DNA of 64,000 bases from Lama guanicoe (lineage: Eukaryota), in contig MU054026.1 of assembly GCA_013239625.1 (NCBI GenBank), positions 372,001 to 436,000 on the forward strand. Reading direction: 5' to 3'. Made by a program: the position numbers and the translations under genes. Positions 1-13,828 of the stretch are shown here, in pieces; within the stretch, counting starts at the first letter, position 1; each line of letters starts with the position of its first letter. The notes below the pieces were generated by a model that saw nothing but the letters and a program-made list of their open reading frames with translations, was not told where the DNA came from and searched no databases.

Positions 1-1
1 A

Positions 2-325
<324 letters not shown>

Positions 326-839
326 TGAGTATTTAGAGGTACTTACATGGATCCTTATTCACCATTTCTTGTTCTCTGACCTGCAGTATGGGATTTTCTT
401 TTTGCCCAGTTTTTTCTTCCCTTTTTATGCTTGGTAAATAATTTCTTAATAAAAATGAAACATGTGTCTCTGTTTAAATATATCCATCACTATTACATAC
501 TTTTATAAAGTATAAATGTCCTCATGTAGTCAAAGATAAACTGCATGCCTGGATTCTGCCTGTTAGACTCACGGATTCAGCCTTATATTATGGCCTCCTG
601 ATTGAGGTGTTACATTATTAGGTTTTCTAAAAGTTGCACATTTAAAATGCAGTGCAAAGCTTTTAGCTCTAAAACTGGAGATGAGATTCTTACCACCTCT
701 GAAAACACTGACATGTCTGCTTTGTGATAACAACCTCTTACTGTTATGGCTTGCTTTTTAAGTACTCCGACTGCGTTGAAACTTCTAATCCATTGATCTC
801 TACCCTTTCCTTTCTTTATCAGCCTTCTCCAATATTTGC

Positions 840-2630
840 CTTCCTCCAAATACAGCTTTTATCCATGGCTCATCATTTTAATCATTCTCTTATTAGGCAT
901 TTCAGTTCCCTTGGCAAAATCATCAACCCTTGATAAGCCTAATGAATTACCTGATTTCTCTGTGCCTGAATATTGCTGAAGAAAAGGACATAACCTAGCA
1001 TGTCGGTATCTCTGTACATTCATGATCACAAACGTTAGGTGCGCACTCGGCGCCGTCTGCCACCTGCATTTCTCTAGAAGGATTGTTCTCCCTGCTCAGC
1101 TGTGACTCTCTTATACCTTATCTACTCTGTCCATGCCCTGCCTCCCAGTCTCCAGATTACAACTCGGCCTCATACTTAATGGAAACAATAGAAGCCACTA
1201 GGTAAGAATGGTCTCAATTTTCCATCACTAGATTTACAGACGTGAATCCTTCCCCGTCCTTTACTTCTGTTTTCTTACACAGAAGAAATACAACTCCCTT
1301 AAAAGATATACACTCTTCTTTTCCTGGTAGAAATATTCAGGTATGTATTACCATCTCCCGTTTTCAGAATTCAGAAATGAAAGCAAAATAAAACAAAACG
1401 AAACAAATTCTCCCTTGACACCACATCCCTCAAAACAGCACCTTATTTTACTTCACTTCATGACCAAACTTCTCAAAGGAGTTGTTCTAACTCCCTTTCT
1501 TTCCAGTCTTTAATTCACATCATTCCGGCCTTTGCGTCCCATCATTATATTAAAATTTACTTCGCTGAAGTGGTAAATGACTTTAATATTCATGGTTGCA
1601 CAGACGTTTCCGTTCCTCCCAGTGTTATTCAACAAAGTAAATGACTCCCTTCTTGAAAAACCAGCTCTTTTCATGGTTTGGCTGATGCCCCGCATCCCCT
1701 GTTTTCCTCTTCACCTCTCTGCCTGTTCCTTCTGGTTGCCTTTGTCAGCACTTTCTCTGCTGCTTGACGTCTTACTGCTCCTCCGGGTCCTCTTCTCTTT
1801 TCAATTTATACTCTTGCCCTAGGCTGTGCTGATAAACTCAAATTTATATTTCTAGCACATTTCTCTCATCTGAGTTTTAGATTCATGTATCCAAATACCT
1901 ACTTGATCTCCGTTGTATATCTGACAGGCATTTCAAACTTAGTATTTCAAAATACAGCTCTCTCTCCCCGCACTCTAGCCCGTCCCTCAACTTGCAATTT
2001 TCCATCTGTGATGTAACAAATCAACCCATTTGCTAAATCCATACAAGTGGAAGATACTGTCAGTTTCTTCTTTTCCTTCCTACTTCCTCTCCATCAGCAG
2101 CAAATCGTATTAATTGTTCTTCCAAAATATTTTAACAATCTGTTTCTTTCCATCTCCACTTTTCTGCTGTAAAAGTTGATCTCAGGTCTGTAGTTCTCAG
2201 AGTAGTTTCAGTCATTTTCAGAAAATGTAAATCAGATCATCTTACTCCTGCCTAAGATCTTTTGTTGAGTATCGATTGCTTTGAAGATGAAATCCATACT
2301 CAAGACTGTGACCTTAAAGATTTTACACAATTTGGGCTTTGCCTACCTTTTCAGCCTCGTTTACTTTAGTGTTTAGTGTAATTCACTACATTGGGCCTTT
2401 TAAAAATTCCTTAAACAGTCAGATTCAGGGCCTTTGTACATCCTGTCATTTTGGCCTTGTCTAAATATCACATCCTCATTCCTTCCTTTTCTGACCTTAC
2501 GATCTGAGTTATTTCCCCAACTGTGTCTCTCTCCTCCACCAAATGTTGGGCTTCCAGTAGGACAAGGTACTCTGTGAACCATGGCATCCCTGGCCTCTCA
2601 CATCCTTGCCTGGTTTACAATAAATATTGG
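840..2630 (+). mobile_element. Ancient LINE-2 remnant
   Basis: L2-like text (e.g. atccaaatacctacttgatctc...ggcatttcaaacttag; aaatcagatcatcttactcctgcctaa) ending in an L2-type tail; boundaries approximate. Confidence 0.6.
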
Positions 2631-2773
2631 ATGGTGGGATAGGGGGATAGACAGATGATGAAAACCTTATCTGTGACATAGATGTATAGATGAAAACTGA
2701 CGGGCAAATGTAGCCTCTCTTATTCCTCCCTTATTAATAGCAGATGGTAATATTATATATATATTTCTTTTAA

Positions 2774-2890
<117 letters not shown>

Positions 2891-4087
2891 TGAAGATTCC
2901 TTTTTTTCCCATACTGTAAACAGAAAGACACTTTAAAATGAGGTATGAACACTCATCAAAAGCCTAAATGGAATATTTATATCTAGCTGTATTCATTTAC
3001 AACTGTGCTCATGGAAATTCTCTCTTCCTTTCACAAATTTTCCAGTATCTCAGATAAAACCAGTTAAGGTCATGGGTTTTTTTCAGATTGATTTCTGTTT
3101 GCCTTTCATGCCGCTTAAGTAGTGGAAGTTTCATACCTCACTGTCCTTCCAGGGTGTATATATGCACGTTACTTACTAAAACATGGGCGTCATGCAAAAA
3201 CAGAAAGTTAGAATTTAAAGTTTCCTCGTCTCATAAGGCATGTTGTAAATGAACTTGGTGCAGTCTGACCTAGGATTACATTGTTTATCCGGCACTTTGC
3301 CGTTTCACCCTACTTGCCGTGACCCTTTTCTCGTTTGTCCTTGTGAAGTTAAGTAGAATAAGTGTGTGTGTCTCTTATTTTACACGAGAACAGGTTTCTT
3401 GAATGAGTTGAAGGAAAGAAACAGAAACTAAGGGCATAGAAATGCTCCCTGACTTCTTGAGACATAATTAATATGAAGCATGGCTCCCTCTATCTGTCAT
3501 AGAATCCCAGAGTGTAAAGAGCAAGTACCTTCAGCCACGATGAGAAATATTTGGGGTCAATAAAAGCAAGCACAAGGATTAAACACTAGGCAGGAGAGTC
3601 TTACCCAGTTTTACAGCGCAAAGGGCGGGGCCGGCTGGGGAAGGTCTACCTGAAGCTTTCTGTACATTCTTCTGAACATTTGAGAGAATATTTTTAAAAC
3701 TTCCTGACATACTTGTTATTTTTTAATGGTAGACATGATTTCTGATCTGATCTTACCACTCAGTTTACTATGTCTAACTTAAACAGTGCAAATTAATACA
3801 TATTTATTCTGAAAGATAACTGTGGGGTTTTTTTTGAAGGTTAACGAGGAGCTTTGCATTCCATGAAGAAATTAAACAAAGTACTATCTTATTTTGGGCT
3901 GAGTTTAGGCTGTATAATCCTAATCAGGCCATGCCTTCATTTCCCCACTTTCTAGACATAATGTTATTCTGGATACTGCTCTTGTAACCAAGACATAGGT
4001 AAATAAATCAAACACTATTTTAATAAACAAAGATACCCATTACTCACATAACAGAAATTTCTTTAGTTTCAGCCTTTATGGTTCTCT

Positions 4088-4143
4088 CTCTCTTTTTTTT
4101 TTTAACATTTTTTATTGAGTTATAGTCATTTTACAATGTTGTG
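4088..4143 (-). mobile_element. Very short 5'-truncated L1 3' end with target-site duplication
   Basis: poly-T then ttattgagttatagtcattttacaatgttgtg, similar to the end of the 6654-7055 element; TSD tatggttctct at 4077-4087 and 4144-4154. Confidence 0.75.
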
Positions 4144-6653
4144 TATGGTTCTCTTTTTTATTGAAGAAAAATCTCTATCAGCAGTTTTAGCTAAATCAGT
4201 CTTTTTTTTTTTTTTTTTCCACCTTTGAAATCTGTGATTTTTTTTCCCTTCCCCCGGTGGCCTTGGTAGTGAGAAGAAACATAGTCTCTTGCTTTTACTT
4301 TATCAATTTAATGTAATATTCATAAGACCTCATTCCCTCACAGTAACTTTCAATGTGGCCTTGAAGGTATACACACAAAATGTTTTGGTTAGTTGCCAGT
4401 CATCATTTTTACTTTGAAAGTTAACTTAGAAATTCTCATCTTACCAAACAGCTACTCTTTTCTTTCAATGTAAACTCTTGCTCCCTGTTAGCCGTATTCC
4501 AACATGAATTCTTGTATGTCCATCTACTCGCTAGTGTTATGGAAAAATAGTTCCTCACAAAAATCTAGGTAAATAATTCAAAGGAATTTTTTTTTAAATG
4601 TGTGGGGGATTGTGCTGAGGTTTGAGTAAGTACTTGTATGCTTCTTAGGTATTCAAAATTAAGGTTTTATGTACTTTTGAATCATTTACCAAGAATTCCT
4701 TTATGAATACATTTTTTCCTTGTGGTGCTCATGGAAAGTTTTCTCTGGCTCACAATTTATAGTCTAGAGTAGTCACTGTTATAAGAGCTGTGTGTACATA
4801 TGTTGATTATGTGGTGTTTAAAATTGTATATTCTTTGGATTTGACTGTAGACCGAATGTCATTGTAAAATTTGAAATTAGTCCTGATAGACTCTTTGACA
4901 GCTTATTTCAGGTAGGAAGAGTTTTCAAACCATTCTGACCGCAGCTGAACAGTAGGAACACTATTAGATGAACAGTTTCCAACAAGGCAACAGTTTCTGT
5001 TCAGAAAGATGACTTTTGTTTTCTCCATCAGTGATAAACAAAGTGCCCGCCTCGCTCCCAGTCTTACAAGCATTCCATCAGACTCAGATCTGATTTGTGT
5101 GTGACTCACTGAAGCAATAGCATGTGCTGTGTCTCTTCGTTCTCAGAGGTGTCATTGCCTTCCCCATATTTACAGTCTGCGTATTACGTATTCAGAAATA
5201 CCCACAGGGGACCAAAGCTACTGATGTGGACTTCTGACTTTGGTAGACACCGCTTTTGTGATCGTAGGGTAAAATACAGGAAATAATTTCAGGTTGTTGA
5301 CTTAAAAGAATCATTCTCTTCCTTTGAACGTGGACAGGATAATATAAAAATATTAATCACATGTAACAATTTATATGCCTCTCGGTCTAAGCTTCCTCTT
5401 TTATAACAAATGTATTAAAATATAAATTTTAAGTGATTGTGCTATTTCCTGTTGAACAGTTTGAATTTTCTTTTTCATTTGCTTCCTTTCCATTGATTTA
5501 AACGGCATCCCTGCTTTAGTTGCATCCTTAGGGGCCTATGGCAGTACAGACAATCATTTAAAATGAATAGTGCAACCTTTTAAACTGCAGAGGGGAGTTA
5601 CAGTCTCCAGTCTGTAAAGTGTTGGGCATCAGGATCTATAAATCGTTCCGGTGTTTTATTTTTACAGCTGCTCCAGTATGTGAAATTGAAAGTAAGCTTT
5701 GGATGCTGTGGCCTGTTTTTCTATAACTTTTAAGACCTTTCAAGGTGATAAAGGTTATTTACCCCACAAAAATGAAACAGCCAGGAAACAGGTAGACCCC
5801 TGATGTCATCATACAGTGGGCCATTTTGGCTGCATTTCTCCTTGAAGGTGACAGATTTCAAGGAAATACCTTGGAGTGCTTTGTAGAATCTGCTTGGTAC
5901 TATGAGAGGAGAGTTCAGCAGTGACTCCAGTCTAGGTCTTCTAGGTTTGATCTAAATTTGTCCTTCATTTTGGAGGTGATGGTGTCATTTTTCGTTTAGA
6001 TGGACTTTGCCTTTGCATCAGAGGTGCCTTTGAGAGGTGGTTGATATGTGACCTTTATGACGTAGCAGCAGCCGCTGTGTTTGCTTGGTGCTCAAGGAGA
6101 CCTGCACAAAACAGTGGCACCTGTATGTTGTGGGCTTCTGCGTTGCTCCTTTAGAAATGCGTTTGCTGTATAAACACGGAAAAAGACAATGAATATACCG
6201 AGGTGATGGAGACCGTCAGGGGCTTCATAGGGTTAGAAGAGTGTAGATTGGATTTGAACAGTACTGACAGTTTTATAGTTTAGAATCACAGTCTTAGGTG
6301 ATGTCGTGAAATGACCAAACATCCTGGAGTATTGTGAGTAGGAAAAATACGAGTTTATCTGAGCTGTTCTCGGCTTATTCATCTAGAACAGAGCCATCCA
6401 GTAGGATGATTGTATCGATCAAAGGGGGTTTGTTTTTAGAGTTGGAGAGGCCAGGTAAGAAGAATCTGCTGGTTGACTCCAGATGGAGCTGGCTGGTAGT
6501 ACAGGATGACCGTAAGAGTCACTTCACAGGAAAAAAATCAGTAGGGCCCAGTGACTAATTAAGTCTAGGTATTTGAAGAGGGGGACAGTGAGCTAGGTTT
6601 GGCTGGAGATGCACAGACTGCAAATTAAACACAAAGTGCCGGTGATAGTTTTA

Positions 6654-7055
6654 TTATTTTTTATAATTTTTTATTTTTTTAATCGAGTTATAGTCAGTTG
6701 ACAATGTTGTGTCAATTTCTGGTGTGCAGCACAATTCTTCAGTCATACATGAGTATATATATATTCATTTTCATATTCTTTTTCACCGTGAACTATTGCA
6801 AGATCTTGAATATATTTCTCTATGCTGTGCAGCACAAACTTGTTAATCTATTCTATATATACCTGTCAGTATCTACAGATGTCAAACTCCCAGTCTGTCC
6901 CTTCCACCCACTGCCCGCCCCGGCAACCACAAGTCAGTATTCTATGTCTGTGAGTCTGTATCTCTGTTTCTGTTTTATATTTAAGTTCATTTGTCATCTT
7001 TTTTTTTTTTTAGATTCCACATATGAATGACATCATATTTTTCTTTCTCTTTCTA
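6654..7055 (-). mobile_element. 5'-truncated L1 3' UTR fragment (lineage-specific L1)
   Basis: T-rich tail then L1 3'-end sequence (agttatagtcagttgacaatgttgtgtcaatttctggtgt...tagattccacatatgaatga); TSD cc(g/a)gtgatagtttta at 6639-6653 and 7056-7070. Confidence 0.85.
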
Positions 7056-7869
7056 CCAGTGATAGTTTTAGATAGCACCTGTGCACTCTGGTTGGGTTAC
7101 AACCTCAGTGCCTTTTTCTTATATTCCAGTGATTCAGTCATTTATGTTTCCTGCCTATCTTTTGAGAAAACTGGAGTTTGCAAACCTTGCTACATGAGAA
7201 TTTCCAGTGCCAATCTATGGAATATTAAAAGTATCCTTAATTGAGAAAAATAGCTCATTTAGTGTGATAAGTTTAATTTTACACATGTTCAGTTAAAAAT
7301 GACGAGCAGTGTCTTGAAAAGGGGATCTGCTGCTTGAAAATTAAGAGTAGATGAATGTAAAAGCAGGCCACATAATGAAACACAAAATTAGACCCTAGAT
7401 GTGAACAGAGGGATATAGGTGTATATATTCATACTTGAGAATTGTCCACATTGAGATGATAAGTTATTAAATCTATGAGACGGGAGTCGCTCATTCATTC
7501 AACAGTAATATATTGAGTTTTATGAGTCAGGCATGGAAGTGCTGAGGGTACAGTGCAAACAAGACAAGACAAGACAGATAAGCTCTGTGCTCTCATGATG
7601 TTTACCTAAATATTCTCTTTCCCGAAAATAGTCGAAAGAAAAATAATTAGTAGCTGTGACTTGAGATTTCTGAAACACCATCAGTTAAAGAGGTTGAAAG
7701 TTTCATGTGGTTTTTAAAGATAAAACAGTGTGAGAGCAAACTTAGTAAATAGAAAGAATTGTGGCCTAGGAGCCCAAAGGCCAGGGTTCCGATTTCAGCT
7801 CTTCAGTTAACTAATTGTGCCACCATGGGCAAGACACAGCCCTTCTAAGTCTTGCTATCGATGAAACAA

Positions 7870-8110
7870 GCGGGTTTCAAACTATACATCATAATCCATT
7901 GAAATCAATTTAAAGGCTCGCAATCTAGCATTTGTTATTTAAAGAAAAATGAAATAGAACAGAGTAACGAATATTGACATATTGCTTATAGAGTATTGCT
8001 TTATGGAACCTTTTTTTCCAGTTTTATGCATCTGTGTTCACACATGTGGCTGTGACATAAAATGTGTTTCTTAGTCTGGCTTGTTCCATTCAGAACAGCT
8101 AGAAACACTG
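7870..8110. mobile_element. hAT-Charlie-type non-autonomous DNA transposon remnant
   Basis: Degenerate ends gcgggtttcaaa...agaaacactg and internal tgaaatcaattta...aaatgaaatagaa...aaaatgtgtttctta, as recalled for Charlie MITEs. Confidence 0.5.
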
Positions 8111-8744
8111 GAATAGACAACCTGTAAGATCTAATCCAGATCATTATTTATATGATTATATGAGTTGTATGAACAGTTCGTGTTTAAGAATGTATTTATA
8201 ATTTTTTAACTCTCTAAAACCACAATTTTATGATGGAAAGATTGAAGATTATATATGGAATTTTAAGACATGGGGGAGTTGGATAGGAAAGGAAAAATTA
8301 AATTAAGGTTTTTATTTACCTCTCAGATGTATGTTGAGAAAAGTTTCAGAGTAACTCAGAATAAGAGTGCCTTATGTAGTACAAAAAGTATTACATAGAT
8401 TTTGAAAGTATTATTGTTCATAAGTAGATTTGTGAGCTTAGTTGATTTTTGAAGGTGTAAATGCTCTATCTACGTCATAAAGCATTAGGAGAAAATGCTC
8501 GTTTTGATGCCAAAACCTTTGGAAAATCTAAAGTATTGTACAAATTAAGGCATTACTGTTATTAATTTTCCTTTTAGACAGTTATGTATGTTGTTCCTTA
8601 ATTTTTGACTTTTAAAAGAGTGGTGATGAAATGTTTTGTTACTTCCCTTAGTTATTTTTGCAAATGTGAATTAATCTACTTTAATGGAAAGGCATAAATA
8701 TTTACAGAATAAACCTGAGTTTCATTTCCCATCTGTATGAATGA

Positions 8745-9212
<468 letters not shown>

Positions 9213-9426
9213 ATTTAATAAAAATAAGCCTGTACCTGGAACAAAAAACCCCCAAAGCTTTGATTTTTTATTTTGCTGTTTTCTAATTTTATTAAGACCA
9301 GGTGCATTCATAGAGGTTTGGCGATGGTCATATTGCAGGGATTTTCTATATAGTTTGTATTTTTGCTTTTCCAATTTCTAAAGGTATACAAACTATTTCC
9401 TCCCTTGGTGTGCTTGTGATCCTTAA

Positions 9427-9460
9427 GGCAGTGTCACAGTTCAGCCAGTAGAGGGCGCAC
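9427..9460 (+). promoter_or_regulatory. Putative CTCF site with upstream motif
   Basis: Core CCAGTAGAGGGCGC (9445-9458) fits CCASYAGRKGGCRS; upstream GGCAGTGTC at 9427-9435. Confidence 0.65.
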
Positions 9461-10201
9461 GGGCAATGGAAGGAAAACTGTCACAACACTAATCTGCGAT
9501 CTGCTACAGAAATGCTTTGCTTCATAGAATCTTTATTTGCTGTTTCATGTTTCATTTAAATTTTCTTAAAAATTTAAATCATGAATTATTGAACTGTTTG
9601 AGACTAAACTTTAGTTCTTAAAGCTTAGAGATTGTCTACATCAAACTTTTCCATCTTCGAAGTGAGGATGATGATATTTGCCAAGCTGCCTTTATCAACA
9701 TGGTTGAGGAGCATAAGTGAGAAAATGTATTTTATAATATTTTATGAACTGCAAATGATCACATAAGACTTAATAGCATTTCATTTCTCAGTTCGGTTTT
9801 ACTAAGCAAGCATATTACATTGCTATTTGAGAACTTTTTTTTCAAGTATATATTTAGTTCTCTTGAAGGGAATATTGTTTCTGCCTTATGCCCAGCACAC
9901 GTCTGAAGAAATCATAGGCTTCCAGATATTTACTGAATCAATAAATGAATACATTTTGGGTGAATGAATTCTGTCTTGTCACATTGGTTGCATGTGGGAA
10001 AAAATGCAATTTTTGATAGACTAGTATTCGCTGAAGACTCAGGTAACTTTCAACTGGGAAAGGGTTAGTGGTGTTTAAGATAGCAGGTTTCTCATCATCT
10101 CTGAATCAAGGTAATTTCTTTTTTGATTTTACTTTGGATTGAAGTTTGTACCTGTTAGAAGAATAAAGATCACCCGCACTATAGAGGAAACCCTGGTATG
10201 A

Positions 10202-10417
<216 letters not shown>

Positions 10418-10484
10418 TAAAACCCTGAGTTTTGGCACTGTCTCCTTAGTTGATATATTTTATGAAATTCTTATCATATAATTA

Positions 10485-12671
10485 CAGGCGTACCTTGGAG
10501 ATACTGTGGGTTTGGTTTTAGACCACTGCAGTAAAGCGACTGTCCCCACCACGAAGACAGTCACACAATTATTTTTGGCTTCATTGTGCATGCAAAAATT
10601 AGGTTTACGCTCTTCTGTAGTCTGTTAAGTGCACAATGGTATTATGTCTAAAATAACAGTGCACATATCTTAATTAAAAATACCTTATTGCTGAAAAATG
10701 CCAGCCATCATCTGCACCTTCACAGATCGTAATCTTTTTGCTGGTGGAGGGTCTTGCCTTGAAGTTGATGGCTATTCACTGATGAGGGTGGTGGTTGCTG
10801 GAAAAGGGGTGACTCTGGCGATTTCTTAAAGTGAGGCGGTGGTGAAGTTTGCTACATCAGTTGACTTCTTTCTTTCACCAACGATTTGATTTCACTGTAG
10901 CAGGCATGGCGTGTTGATAGCACTTCACCCACAGCAGAATTTCTTTCAGAACTGGAGTCACGTCTCTCAAACCCTGCCACTGCTTTATCAACTCTAAGTC
11001 CTTTATCATCATCTCTAAGTCCTTTATCATCATCTCAGCAGCCTTCACAGCATCTTCACTAGGAGTGGATTCCATCTCAGGAAACCACTTTGTTTCCTCA
11101 TCCTTAAGAAGCAGCTTCTCAGCTGCTAGTTTTACCACGAGCTTGTAGCAAGTCACATCTTCAGCCTCCACTTCTAAGTCTAGCTCTCTTGCTGGTCACT
11201 GCCTCCACTGAGGTCTTGAGCCTCCGAAAGTCATCCTGAGAGTTGGAATCGGCTTCTTCCAAACTCCTGTGAATGTTGATACTTCGATCTCTTCCTGTGA
11301 ATCATGGTTATTCTTCATGGCATCTGGAATGGTAAATCCTTTCCAGAAGGCTGTCAATTTACTTTGCCCAGATCCATCAGAGGAATCACTGCCAATGGCA
11401 CTTAGAGCCTTAGGACATGTATTTCTTAAATACTAAGACTTGAAAGTCCTAGTCCTTGATCCACGGGATGCAGAATGGATGTTGTGTTGGCAGGCATGCA
11501 AACGACATTAATCTCCTGTACATCTCCATCAGAGCTCTTGGGTGACCAGGTGCCTTGTCAGTGAGCAGTCATATTTTGAAAGGAATCTTTTTTCCTTAGC
11601 AGTTGGTCTCAACAGTGGGCTTAAAATATCCATTAAATCATGTTGTAAACAGATGTGCTGTCACCCATGCTTTGTTATTCATTTGTAGAGCACAGGCAGA
11701 GTCAATGTGGCATAATTCTTCAGGGCCTTAGGATTTTCGGAATGCTAAATGAGCACTGGCTTCAACTTCCAGTCACCCACGGCTTTAGCCCCTGACCAGA
11801 GAGTCAGCCTGTCCTTTGAAGCTTTGAAGCCTGACGCTGGTTTCTCCTCTCCAGCTATGAAAGTCCTAGATAGCATCTTCTTCCAGTAGAAGGCTGTTTT
11901 GTCTGCACTGAAAATCTGTTATTTTAATGGAGCCACCTTCATGAGTTATCTGAGCTGGAGCTTCTGGAGAACCCGTTGCAACTTCTCCATCAGCCATTGT
12001 GGCTTCACCTTGCATGCACTTTCCTTAAACCCCATGAACCAGCCTCTGCTTGTTTCAGACTTTTTCTTCTGCAGCTTCCTCACCTCTTTCGGCCTTCATA
12101 GAACCGAAGAGAGTCAGGGCCTTGCTCAGGATAGGGCTCTGGCTTAAGGGACTGTTGTGAGTGGCTTGATGTTGTGATCTGGATGGAGACCGCTAAAACT
12201 TGCTCTGTGTCAGCGATAAGGCTGTTCCACTTTTTTATCGTTTGTGTGTTCACTGGAGTGACACTCTTTATTTCCTTCAAGAACTTTTCCTTTGTAGTCA
12301 CCATTTGGCTGTTCAGCGTAAGAGGACTAGCTTTTGATCTGTCGTGGCTTTCAATGTGCCCTCCTCGCTGAGCTTAATTATTTCTAGGTTTTGATTCAAA
12401 GCGAGAGACATGCGACTCTTCCTTGATCACATCGGAGCCGTTGTAGGGTTGTAAACTGGCCTAATTTTGATACTGTTGTGTCTCAGGGAATAGAGGAAGA
12501 GAGGAGGGGAATGGCTGGTCAGTGGGGCAGTCGAAAACACGAGTTACAGATTAAAATGTTGTTCCCTGTTTTGTGTGGGTGTGGTTCGTGACACCCCAAA
12601 GCAGTTACATAGTAACATGCAAGATCATTGATCCCAGTTCACCATAACAAACATAATAATGAGAAAGTTTG
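10485..12671 (-). mobile_element. Tigger1 (TcMar/pogo) DNA transposon, decayed transposase, lacking ~170 bp of its 5' end
   Basis: TA then caggcgtaccttggagatact TIR at 10485; minus-strand ORF remnants KEKFLKEIKSVTPVNTQTIKKWNSLIADTEQVL and KWFPEMESTPSEDAVK resemble Tigger1/TIGD1 transposase; many frameshifts and stops. Confidence 0.92.
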
Positions 12672-12925
12672 CCAAGTAGTGGTGTGTGCTGTGGAGGAAC
12701 ATAAAGCAGGAAGGGGGGTGAAGAAGAGCTGGGTTCGGGTATTGGGCTGTTTCACTTCTCAGTGAAGTGGTCAGGAAGGCCTCACTGAGGCTTGACACAT
12801 GGATAAAAAAATCCATGCGAATATCTAAGAGAAGACCGTTCTTCCCAGAGGGACAGCGGGCACGAAGTCCCTGATCTGGGAGCACACGTGACTTGATTGA
12901 GAAATCGGAAGAAGCCCAGGGCATT
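12672..12925 (-). mobile_element. LINE-2 fragment abutting the Tigger1 truncation point
   Basis: gtggtcaggaaggcctcactgagg...ccatgcgaatatct pattern of antisense L2. Confidence 0.6.
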
Positions 12926-13669
12926 TGGCCACATATTCTCCCTTTAACAAGCTCACCTGTTTAAAGAATGCGCAACTCAGATTTCAAAGGAAACAGTTCT
13001 TTTGAAAGTGAATAGGTGGGCTTAGTCTAAACACCGAAGATCCTGCTAAGTAGCAAAGCTGTTTTGCACCATGACTTGAATTTCTCAGTTTCTGAGCTCT
13101 CGGCTCGGTGCTTTGTGCATGTGAGCCAAAGGAAATAAGTGATGGGATTTTAGGGAAAATTTGATCAGACGCAGCCAATGAACAGTAAAGCTAGGGTCCA
13201 GGTTCCTCCAAGTGAACTGAGCTGACTTTCTAAACCCAGAACTTGCCGTGGAGCAGCTAATGAAATTCTTGCTTAATATTTGGTCAGGCTTCTAATGGAA
13301 TCATAGTTTCGCTTTGTGACTTCACAGATCCTTTGAAAACAGAAATTGACTCTTTTAGTCCAGCTTGAGTATATTCCTGATTCTCAGTTGCAGCAAGAGA
13401 AATACATCCCCTACCCTTGTGAAAGTCTATAGTTTTTCACAGGTCAAGGGACTGCTCCTTTGAAAGCATGCCCCACTGTTGCCAGATGAATTGTAAGTGC
13501 TTGTCCCTCATGCATAATAATCTCCTTTATTGTTACTTTTGCATATACTTTTCTGGTGCTTTGCAAGTATTTCAAAGTTAATAAAAATCTATCTATGCCT
13601 TTACCATCTGTTTTAAAAACTGCTTTTTCATTTGAAACCTCATTAATACTTTCTGACTTGTTCTCCTAG

Positions 13670-13828
<159 letters not shown>

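Noticed and set aside
10875..12304. Transposase-like ORFs as a domesticated TIGD1-like gene
   Set aside because: Only short fragments broken by frameshifts and stops; a decayed Tigger1 copy.
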